Origin: Epithemia pelagica
Lineage: Eukaryota; Protista; Bacillariophyta
NCBI GenBank assembly: GCA_946965045.2
Contig: OX337228.1
Span: forward strand, 3,100,001 to 3,164,000
Direction of reading: 5' to 3'
DNA: 64,000 bases
Positions 33,354 through 43,900 of the stretch are shown piece by piece (positions within the stretch are counted from its first letter, which is position 1; each line of letters opens with the position of its first letter). Both the position numbers and the translations under genes were made by a program. The notes under the pieces are model-generated. The model was not told where the DNA came from and did not search any database. It saw only the letters and a list, made by a program, of their open reading frames with translations.

Positions 33354-34418
33354 TTATTGATGGAGGCTGACGAATAAGGACTGTACTGTTTCGTTCCATT
33401 GTCTTTCCTGTGAAGCAATACTTCCCGCAGGAATTCCTCCTCCTGCAGCTTGACGTTTCAAGTATGTCTGGCGATCAATCTGATCTCGCTTCAAACCATC
33501 CGCTGGTTCCCGAACACGAGGAGACACAAAGTTGGTAGCCTGTGCCCTCCCTCGCTGTTGACGACGCAACTCATTTCGGTATCCTTGCATCTGCGCTTGT
33601 TTCAATTCAGCGCTGACTTCTTCACGTTCTCCCAAAAGGACCTCCTTGGTTTCTGTTTTGAATTTCTTCTTTGCTATTTTGATGCTTTTTTCTTCTTCGG
33701 CGGCAAGAATCCGACTCTGTTCTGCCATTCGTTGTTCCGCGGCGATTCGATCTTGTATCGATCGTTCTTCGTCCGCGCGCTGACTTTGACGAATGACAAT
33801 CTGCGCCTTGTTTTCTTGCTCATAATCTTTCACTTTAGCTTTAATTTCTTCTGCGGTTGGCTCTTCGTTCACTATGGCATAAATCATGTCTATACATATG
33901 AAGACGAGACTCCTTAGTGTCTGGGGTTCTAGATGAAAGAAGACTTTTGGTCCGCAAACACTTACCTTCCACTTCTTCAAGGTAATTGTTGTATTCTAAG
34001 AGATTCGGAAAATCTTTTTGTACGCAAGGGAGACGTCGCGACGATTAGAGCTAACTGCATGTAGTTTGGATACGAACATGGCCCACAGACCACAAGATGA
34101 CCTTTCTGAACTCTTACCTTTCTCGGTCCTGTTAAAAACGCTAAGAATCCTCCTCCTCCAAGACGTGTCCTTTTCACATTGAACATGGTCCAGAGATCGA
34201 CTCGTCAAGTTAACCCTCTTCACTGCCGTGTTGCAAATTGGACAAGGGAACTCCCTCTTTCTTGCAAGCTCACGATCCAGACATGAATTGCAAAACTGGT
34301 GACCACATCTAACGGTCGCATTCGTTTGCAAGGAGGTTTGCGATGAAAGATTGGATGCATCCCCTTCTGCAGTTCCGCAAATTGCACAGCGGAAGAGATC
34401 ATCCTCTTCGGTGTCCAT
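33354..34418 (-). CDS. MNAT1: CDK-activating kinase assembly factor MAT1 (RING finger); introns 34014-34117 and 33890-33965
   Basis: RING CAIC...CGHQFCNSC...CPIC; EKDTSWRRRILSVFN; spliced LEYNNYLEEVE|DMIYAIV; coiled coil. Confidence 0.92.
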
Positions 34419-35036
34419 GGTCGATTGGCACCGTTTGTTTTTTTTTACTTTCTGTTTCTGTGGGTTTGGTTTTTTATGGGGAGGGAGGAAAAAAAGGGGC
34501 GGACGGAGGGAGATTTGCGGGTGGGATTGATTTATGCGGGACTTGACGGAGGACAAACGTGAGCGTGAGCCCAACGGATAGATCCAGTCTTGTGCACAGG
34601 CGGAAAGCGTCCTCGCCAGATGCTCGATGGGCAATTATTATGAATAGTGGTATATAGGAAAGCATCGTCCACGCAGGCAAGGATATCGATCAATAGCCCA
34701 TAAATAATCTGTTTAAGTGGAATCCGGAAGGCTCGAGAATGAAAAGCGCATGCCTCTCCGAGGCTATGACGGGAGCTCGGATTTTTAGACAGCTTCACAC
34801 ATCAGCCAAAGATGAAGGCGACGCTATCGCTCGCTTTTTGATAAGAGGCGAGAATTATTTTTCTTCTCCAAAGACAACTCGTCCCCTCAACTCGACTTTC
34901 TATCCAAGCTCAGTAACGCCAACAGGAAACAGGCGTAACTACGCTTGACAATTTAGACATACTGTCAAGGTCGAAAGATCAGCCGAGGTCTTCCCTTGTC
35001 GTTGGCAACTAGCCTCTTGACGAACTCAAACCAACA

Positions 35037-35822
35037 ATGCGTCTTCGAACCTTGTTTGCCTGGCACTTGGCGTCCTCCGTTCTCTATTTGTTGGGAACCA
35101 GCGTGCCGGCGCTCGGATATTTGGTATTCAGATACGTTTTGGAAGATGGAGCAGCCTATTCTTCTCTGTTTAGGTGGTTAGAGGGGACATCCTGGGTCCT
35201 GCTGACATTCCATGTCTTGCCTGAAATTGTCGTCGACATGAATACCTTTCCAGGACGATCAAGAAGAGTGGCTCATATCCGGTATGGTCCGACACCTTGG
35301 GCCAACCTGGGCCAATCCCTTGTATTTGCTGCGGCCTGCTTCTTTCAGGGCTCATTTTATGTCAACGAATGGTACAATGAAGATGGTCCTGAAGAGAAGG
35401 ATGGACCCCTGATAATTCTGAACCTAATTGCTGGTCATTTCTGGCTGTTGAGTGGAATTCTCGCGGCAACATCACTCGGGTTCCGATGTGGGTGCTGTGG
35501 AACATCTCAAAGGCTCGGTTCTGGTGAGCAGTTTTTGAATGACATTTACATTTTGACGACATTTTTGCTTTGCTTTACTGCATACTTGGGAGCCTTCGCG
35601 CCGGACTTGGCCGAGGAAATGTTGATCAAAATCAATGTCGAAGACAGCTTGGATTACATTATACATTTCGTCATCCGTTGTACTTGGGCATTCATGTCTT
35701 TTGCCTATGTCACGGGCGATATACTTACCCTGAACAACTCTCGCTCAAGCCGCTCGAAATCTTCAGCAGAGGGGCAAGAGAGTCCGTTGGGTATTAATTC
35801 ACGCAGTGCTGAATACGCATAG
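35037..35822 (+). CDS. Multi-pass membrane protein, unknown function (261 aa)
   Basis: ATG ORF with about 6 hydrophobic segments. Confidence 0.65.
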   Translation: MRLRTLFAWHLASSVLYLLGTSVPALGYLVFRYVLEDGAAYSSLFRWLEGTSWVLLTFHVLPEIVVDMNTFPGRSRRVAHIRYGPTPWANLGQSLVFAAACFFQGSFYVNEWYNEDGPEEKDGPLIILNLIAGHFWLLSGILAATSLGFRCGCCGTSQRLGSGEQFLNDIYILTTFLLCFTAYLGAFAPDLAEEMLIKINVEDSLDYIIHFVIRCTWAFMSFAYVTGDILTLNNSRSSRSKSSAEGQESPLGINSRSAEYA

Positions 35823-36477
35823 ACACACTACGTGGTGTGCAAGAACGACAAAAAGCCTGACAAGGCAGAGATTATAACATGGTATCTGGAGGTTTGGACC
35901 CATTCTTGCATGCTGGAGCAAAATCATAGTACAGAGCAGCGAGGAGAGCTGAATCTATCGCGCTAGCCGTGACACCGGTGTTGTTGCGTTTGCTCTTTCC
36001 ATTTTATTTCGTGGCTGCGACACACTCTTCTTTGCAGCTTGTTCGTGTTAATAATAGTATCAACCATGTTCATCTAAGTTTCACTCTTTCTCACGGGCCT
36101 ATATTCTATATTCCATATTCCATATTGGCGATTGTTGCTGGGCTGATATGATTCATCTCGCTTCGTAGGGGAGAGGGACGAGTTCTTTTTGGGACAAGAA
36201 AGTAACGTTGAAGGAGAATTGTAAGATGAAAGCGTCATTGACGCAGTTCGGCTTACGTCGACTAAAGGGTTCGAGTTCCCATGGTGTACTTACTCATAGT
36301 TCGGGTTCGCACAGGTACAAGTGAAGCACTAACCACTATCTCCTCCTCAACGTCAGGAAGCCTATATGGAGTAGAACCATCCATTCGGTCGACGATGGAT
36401 ACCTCCTACATTTTCGTAGAGAACAGGCCGCATGACTTGTCTCAGCATGATAGGAGTAGGAGTAGCTAGTATATCTA

Positions 36478-38202
36478 TTAGTTTGCAAATATTTCTTGAA
36501 GTGTCCCTTGCTGGCATCGCCTAAGCAATAGCGCTCGTAAGATCTCATCAACGATGCAGTCATCCATCTTTGGTGGTGGTTTGGACCAACAAAGATCCGC
36601 TCCTCCTTCTTTTAGCTTTCGCCCGTCTTCACGCAACCGTGTGCTTACTCCAATAAAGAGTGCCTTGTCCAGCTGTTCTTTCAAGGCCCTTATCAGAGAC
36701 GCACCAGAAGCGAGATTTTGACAGTTGGTTTTATTCCGCTTGGCTAAAAGCTGACGATCTTCTTGCTGATGAAATAGTTTAAGGCGCTCTTCAACCAAGA
36801 CCACATCAAACGTTTGAGATAGAGATCGTTCGAGTGCCTCTTCGGAGGAAACTGTTCCAACTACCTCAACATGGGGCAATATATTCTTGAAGCTCTTTGC
36901 AAAAAGTTTGACACAAATGTCGTGGGGATCCACTATCAAGATACGGCGGATTTCTCGTTGTTGAACGTTCTTTCGTGCGATTTCTCGCTGATCGTTTTCC
37001 ACATCCTCCACAGCATCCATTCTTAGAGCCCGATGAGAAAAGAAAGCCTTGCTTTTAGGGACAACCTTACGAGGTACAAAACGTCCCGTTCCAGTTGGAA
37101 CCAGTTCAGTTTCTGAATTCGCCATTATAAGTTTTATGGCTTCAGTCTTGAAAGCCTCCAAATCCTTGTTTGAATACCAGGTAACTTTCACCTCACCAGG
37201 TGTTCGTTGAAACTCCCTCACCCACACTCTTGGATCGAAAGAGATCTTCTTCCTATCCATTTGGATTTCAGGAGCAGATAAACCTCTTACGGTCCTCTGT
37301 TGACTTGGCCTCGATGGAAGAGGCAAGTTGCTTGAAGTTTCTTGATGAGCTGTACATGCAGCATCTTCAACCGATGACAGACTTATTGTACTAGCCAAAG
37401 ATGGGATATCCGACTCTACGCTGGGTATCTTGTCCACAACAATGGATCTTGATCGATTCGATGAAGGAGTCTGCATGGCTCCATGTAACTTTGAGCTTTT
37501 GGGACCTCGTAAGATTGAGCGCAAGGGCAAATCACAGGAAACAGTCCGGCCACGACTTGTTCTTGGTGTGGTAGGGGGCAAAATCAAGCGTTGACTTTGC
37601 AGTCCCCCATTCCCTAAGCTTCCGCCATTGCAATCGCTCATCCCGATGGTTTCCTTGTCACTAACTAAGGGTGGTGAAACGGGAAATACCGGCAAAGCAC
37701 CTTTGGATCCAACTGGACCTGTACAGTTGATGTCATGATCTTGATTCGGACATGGAGCTATAGGCCATGAACTTCGATGGTGTAGAGAAGGAAAGATAAC
37801 ACGTCTTCGTGTTGATGGAGATGGTTGTGACTGGTTGGAATGTTCAGATGATGAGGACATTGATCTCATCACAAATCGCTGGTTGCGCATGTTGTTGTTT
37901 GTCCCTCTGTTTATGTTTGCATCGGAACCACCACCAGAATGATTGGAGCAGGGAAGGTGAGTGTGTTGGGAGTAGATCTCCTCACCTTTTCCTTGGGATA
38001 TTGTTGGTGGTGGGGAAGAGGTTGAACTGGATTCGGTCACTTTCCCTGGTGGTGTTGGAGGTTTTGTTGGAGGCAGGCTTTGCGCTTTCAGTTGACACCT
38101 CTCAGACATGTAAGGTGTCACAACTTCACCCTCGCCAGAAACACACTCAGAAACCTGGACATGAAGGTGGGTGTCAACCCCACTCATAAAAAGACCCATC
38201 AT
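36478..38202 (-). CDS. Low-complexity protein with a C-terminal receiver-like (REC) domain
   Basis: RRILIVDPHD...FDVVLVEE...FIGVS...GADLCWSKPP follows the REC beta/alpha pattern; upstream KKISFDPRVWVREF...WY motif. Start codon uncertain (open frame extends to 38418). Confidence 0.75.
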   Translation of the reverse strand: MMGLFMSGVDTHLHVQVSECVSGEGEVVTPYMSERCQLKAQSLPPTKPPTPPGKVTESSSTSSPPPTISQGKGEEIYSQHTHLPCSNHSGGGSDANINRGTNNNMRNQRFVMRSMSSSSEHSNQSQPSPSTRRRVIFPSLHHRSSWPIAPCPNQDHDINCTGPVGSKGALPVFPVSPPLVSDKETIGMSDCNGGSLGNGGLQSQRLILPPTTPRTSRGRTVSCDLPLRSILRGPKSSKLHGAMQTPSSNRSRSIVVDKIPSVESDIPSLASTISLSSVEDAACTAHQETSSNLPLPSRPSQQRTVRGLSAPEIQMDRKKISFDPRVWVREFQRTPGEVKVTWYSNKDLEAFKTEAIKLIMANSETELVPTGTGRFVPRKVVPKSKAFFSHRALRMDAVEDVENDQREIARKNVQQREIRRILIVDPHDICVKLFAKSFKNILPHVEVVGTVSSEEALERSLSQTFDVVLVEERLKLFHQQEDRQLLAKRNKTNCQNLASGASLIRALKEQLDKALFIGVSTRLREDGRKLKEGGADLCWSKPPPKMDDCIVDEILRALLLRRCQQGTLQEIFAN

Positions 38203-38939
38203 TGTCGTAAAAGTTGTTGATAGAGTTTGGCAATATCTTTCAGTCGATAAACCCAAAAGATGTTCGAAAGAGAGAGTTAAAGAGCTCCTTGGGAAAGGAA
38301 TATGATCCCATCGACAGATGCCGCAAGACGATGAGCTACATTGGCCGGGCCTAATGAGAAGCGAGGAACAGACACGGAATTCTCCTGCTCCATAGCTATC
38401 GTGAACTAACGGCTTCAATCTGCCGGCGAATTCATTTTTCCCGTGTCTTTCTCCCTGAAAATTCGATTGGATTTTACCCAGTTTTATGAAATTAAGAAAT
38501 CAGGAGCGGGGTCGGCGGCATTTGTTCGGATGGTGGAGCGAAACAAGGGATGAAAGGCCCGCTAGGAATTCGAGAGATGCTTTTCATGGAATAACAGAGA
38601 ATACCCAGGGAACAGGGAATCCCAGGGAGATATTATAAACGCGCCTGTCGCGCCAACTCAGACAGACAGACCGTCCGTAGCAGATACTCGTACGAGTACA
38701 ATATAATGAATGATTCATAATTCCTAATACGAATATTCGTCTACTAGCTAGTACGAGTACCCCCACTACCCACCTCCGAATCCCGAATACTTTTGATAGC
38801 TACTCCTTTTCCTCTATCAAATTCGTCTATATCAAGAGTACGTCTCTACTCTCTACTCGTACAAGAGCAACCCAGGTAGTAACATGACTGGGGGGATTGG
38901 TCGACGAAGAAGAAAATCGGGAAAGACCACTTCGCATTG

Positions 38940-38957
38940 GGGACTTCGACCTTGCCT
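38940..38957 (+). repeat. Left target-site duplication of the non-LTR element
   Basis: GGGACTTCGACCTTGCCT, repeated exactly at 46813-46830. Confidence 0.9.
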
Positions 38958-39078
38958 AATTCTGAGATCAGGCAAAAGTGAAAGCCCTAGTTACTCAGTG
39001 AGTTGTCATTGGTATTTGAAATTTCTGTAGACTCAGTACTGAGCGCTACGTAGCCGCTGGAGCACCTCTACGACCACC

Positions 39079-40962
39079 ATGGCCGACGACGGCGTAGAGG
39101 CCCGAGATTCTTCCACCAAAGACCAAGAGATGGATGAAGCAAGTTGCAACACAACTGATGTTGACAACAAGAAAGTCTACTACGAAGGCGAGGAGAAAGA
39201 ATACGTTGTGAAGTTTATTTTTCGCCCCGACAAGAATGAAAACACCAAGGTAGCATCAACCCATTTCTCAGTTCTTCAAGTTATCCGCCAAGTATATCCA
39301 GAAATAACTATTTTCAACAACCACGGGAGAAAAGTGAAAGATCTAAACACTCTCAAGAATTACAACGATTATGCGAGGAATTACGAATTGCACTTCATGA
39401 AAGGCAATGACAAGAAACAACGAGATCCACTGTACCTCATCTTTCATCGCATTCACTCAAGAGTTCCGATCAGCCAGATACGACGCCACCATGCTGTCGA
39501 GCAAAGATTGAAAGAACACCACGGCAAAATGCTAGTTCATCACTGGAAAGAAGACGAGACACGTATTTCGAATATCGGGTTTTTCGTTGGAATCGATCCT
39601 GCCAATACCATGGAAAGCGAAGTGACGGAAAGACTCATCAAAGAGATCTATAAAGAAACCAAATGCCCAGAAAAGAAGATCCCGAAGTTCCGAATCCATT
39701 TCTCCTCGCCATTTACATATACCCTTCGCAAGCGCCACCGATCAACAAAGGCATATGGCCTCCAATGCTGACAAGAAGATGCCAAAGAGATTCTACGGCT
39801 TCTAAATGAAACTTTCAAGAAGGATCCCAAATTCATGTTTCACCGTTTTAAACACGAAAGTGACGAAAGCAGGACCTACTATTTGGAATCAATTTATGCC
39901 CAGAACGACTTTCTCTCTGATCACAAAGTGATTCCGATAGAGGGTGTGAATGAAGACATTATGTTCTATCTCGAAGGAAAAATCTTTCAAATCGAAGGAG
40001 TTACAGAAATTTTGCGCCATAAGAAACTTGAGGAAAAAGGTCGTTGGAACATTCATACCACAGAGGCCTACTTTGATTCTGTTGCCAACAAGTTGGACGA
40101 ATTCATAGCGGATTGGGTACGAGAGATCATTAGCACGGAGAACAGGAGCCCGGGCAATCTACCACAACCAGCACGAGTCGCATTCAAGCACAAACGCCGA
40201 ATCGCCGAAGACGACGATACAAATGAAGTCTCTTATGAGACATATTTGTCCTCATGCGCTTCCTTATATGCAAAAGAGAATATGTTAGACGATGATGACG
40301 AAGCAAACGATGCTCGAGGAAAGCCGCCTACTGGATCATCCGCAGCAACTCAAGCCTGGATCAGCCCTACAAACGTGAAGACTGTCCTCAACGTTCCAAA
40401 AGTTGTGGAAACCAGACGATCCTCCACAACACCAAGCCAATTGACTACAAACGACGATCGTGATAAGCGAGTGATGGCTGAAAACGCTCGCCTGGAAAAA
40501 GAAAATGCTGACCTCAGAGAACAACTGCGACGTGCGAAAGGACAAGAAACTAGCGAACAACAGCAAGCTGACAGCTCCAACACCCAAGGACAACCACCCA
40601 CCAATATGTACAATACCCCTTCTATTCAGGAACGCGACAGGCAATATCCTCCTCGAGAATATGCCCAACCCAGGTCTCAACATCCTCCTCAACCACAAGG
40701 ACAGACTCCCATGTCTGATATTGAACGTATCATTTCTGCAGTAAACGCAGCAGCAGAAGCTCGGTTTCAAGCTCTCAAACAGCGCCTTATCCAGTCCTAT
40801 CACCAGCAACAACCAACAACACCGTCCGCCGCCTCAACAGAAGGTTCTCAGGCCACGGAACAGACAAATGCCACTCACGGTCCAGTGGACGTGAGTATGA
40901 CGCTACATCCATCCAACCTGGATGTTAGCGGATACGACAGTGTTACCGATGAGCATCAATAG
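39079..40962 (+). pseudogene. LINE ORF1 (about 627 codons) with an in-frame TGA at 39769-39771
   Basis: ORFs 39079-39771 and 39835-40962 are in the same frame, separated by a single stop; C-terminal coiled coil and Q/P-rich region. Confidence 0.8.
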
Positions 40963-43900
40963 AGGAAACAACACTTACTTAGCAACAAACAACAACTATC
41001 TGCAAGTACTGAATAGCTTAGAAAATTCACCAACGATACATCTACTCAATCAACCAGGAGCGACTGATACCAATCAAGGAACCAGCCCTGAACAAGCAAC
41101 CGATTCCACACAAGCAACCGATTCCATACAAGCAACCGATTCCATACAAGCAACCGAGTCCATACAAGCAACCGATTCCATACAAGTAACCGATCCCACA
41201 CAACCACATAATGACAGACACGCAATTAATTTCACAGAAAGAAGCAACATCACGTCACGTGAGACGACAGCACAACAACCAGATACAGACCAAGCCAGTA
41301 GCACAAGCCAAAATCAACATAACGACTCACAAAACAGCAGCGACTCTACTAACCAAGAAGACGAAGACAACGACAACCTCATAGTGGCAGAAAACTTAGC
41401 AACAAATCCTTTCATCGGGGATGAAATCAAAGATGATGAAAAGGATGAAAATCATTTCAGAATTTACTTTGCTAACGCAAATGGATTCACATTGAGTGAA
41501 AATGGTGGAGATTATGCCGAGTTCTTATTGGAGATGCAAAAACTTCAAGCGGATACCTGGGGAGTAGCGGAAACAAATATTGACTCAACAAAATCTGCAG
41601 TCAAGAACATCATACATGACACCACCAGAAAACACTTTGAATTCTCTAAAACAACAATTGGGAGCAGCAATATACCAGCACGAAAACGGTACTACAAACC
41701 CGGCGGTACCCTTATGGGCTCACAGGGTAGTATCACAGTAAGAATTATTGATCAAGGCAGCGACTCACTTGGCCGTTGGTCATTCCAACTGATGAATTGC
41801 AAGAACAACAAGAAACTCTTGGTGGTAGCAGCGTACCAAGTCTGTAAACAAGCAATCACCTACACTGATAATGACGGAAACACAACAGTCCGATCGTATA
41901 CAGCTTCTGCTCAACAATCAAGCATGCTGCTAGTCCAAGGAAGACGAGAATCACCGCGAGAAGCATTCATAATGGACCTGGGAGAATTCATTCAACGATA
42001 TCAAGACCAACAATGCGAGATCCTTTTGCTAGGAGACTTCAACGAGTCTATGTCAGACTCGGGTGAAGGAATGTCAGCACTCGGATCACAATGCAATCTG
42101 GTAGACGTGATGCAACAACAAATAGGACATTCTGATTTCGGTACTCATGTTACAGGCAGCGAACGAATTGATTTTATTCTGGCAAGCGAAAGAGTTGCAG
42201 ACGCAGTTCGATACGCATGCTACGAGCCCTTTAAATTTCGAGGAAGTGGGGACCACAGAGGCATGATACTTGATCTAGATACGCTTGCACTTTTTGGAAA
42301 CAGAACACAAGCCTTAGCACCAATGCCTTGCCGAGAATTCACCGCGAAGGACCCTATCGCTTCTGACAATATATCGCCGCAAAGCACAGATATCTTCAAG
42401 AACACAACTTTGGAACAAGACTAGAAAGAGCAAAAACTCACTGGACACCACAAGTTCAAGAGCAATTGGATGCCGATTTTCAACGAGCTGGGACTTTTGG
42501 AGCAAAGCAATGCACACGAAAGCCCAGAAATATAGCATTCTCGTCCGAGCTGGCAACGCTACGTCGAAGAAAGAACATATTGCTCAAGACAATATCGTCT
42601 ATCCGGCTAAAAAGGTCATTCAAAGAAGCAATTGCAAGGTACAAGAATCAAGACGAAGAGTTTGAAATACCAACGACCCTGGCCGAATGTCAAGCGCTGT
42701 GTGGACAGATTCAACAACAGATCCGCCAATCAACTAAAGATGCTGTCTTCCATCGTCAGAATGAACAACTTATCCAGTTACGGGACGCAGAGGCAAAAGG
42801 TAACAAGAAAAAGGCCAAACTCATCAAGAATCTCATGGCGGCAGAAAGAACCAAGAATATGTACAAGAAGATTCGCCAATGTTGAGGAGCGGAGAAAGCA
42901 GGAATCACTCGATTGGACGTACCAGCCGACCCTGACGACGTTAACTACAAATCCTGTGTTGATTGGATCAGTATTGACACGCCAGAAGAGATAGAAAGTC
43001 GTCTTCTTCAACGCAACCAAACCCATTTTGGTCAAGCAGATGGTCTCTTTCCAACTCGCCCACCATTTTCTGAATGGATCGATTGGGGAGCGTCGACTCA
43101 TGTAGCAGACCTAATTCTCGAAGGGCAATGGAACACAGAGGAACTCGATTCAGTCTCGCAAGATGTACTCCGCCACATGCAGGCCCGAACAAACCTGGAC
43201 GAAATCAAGGACACAATCACAATCGAAGAGTGGACCGAAAAGATTCAAACATGGCCTGAAAAGACATCGACCTCACCGTCTGGCTTTCACCTGTCTCATA
43301 GCAAGGCACTGGTCAATCCAATCTCCATTGAAGAAGACGATGATGCAACTGCTCAACTGGAACAACAACGACATCAACTTATCGAATGGCAAGTGACAAT
43401 GCTCAATCTAGCTATCAGCCATTGCTACAGCCTATCACGATGGAAACATATCGTCAATGTGATGATATTGAAGGAACCAAACAATCATCGGATTCATCGT
43501 CTAAGAGTTATACACCTGTATGAACAGGATTATAACCTGATCTTAGCAGTGAAATGGAGACAGATGATACGCAACGGTTCTAACAATCAACTTTTACATC
43601 CCCAACAGTTCGGTGGAGTTCCAGGAAAAGACGCTATCCTTCCAACCATGTTGGAAGAGTTCCAATATGAGATTAGCCGCGCGAGCAAACGGCCGCTAGT
43701 CCACCTCGACTACGATGCAACGGCGTGCTACGACAGAATTGTGATGTCGTTTGGCAGCCTAGCATCTCGATCCTATGGCCAGTATCGATCAGTGGTATTT
43801 ATCAATGCTGCAACTCTAGAGGATGCAAAATACTACCTCAAGACGCAACTTGGTGTATCAGAGAAGTTTTACAAACACTGCAAAATTTTCCCAATCTACG

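Noticed and set aside
36230-36285. tRNA-like A-box (TGACGCAGTTCGG) and B-box (GGTTCGAGTTCC)
   Set aside because: The boxes are only about 31 nt apart, the T-stem does not pair and no cloverleaf can be built.
38952-39040. Twister or hammerhead ribozyme at the LINE 5' end (GCC-UAA, GA-UCA-GGC, CUGAGA, GAAA)
   Set aside because: Required elements (P2, T2 GC pair, L4, CUGANGA spacing) cannot be placed in any permutation; kept only as a generic pairing observation.
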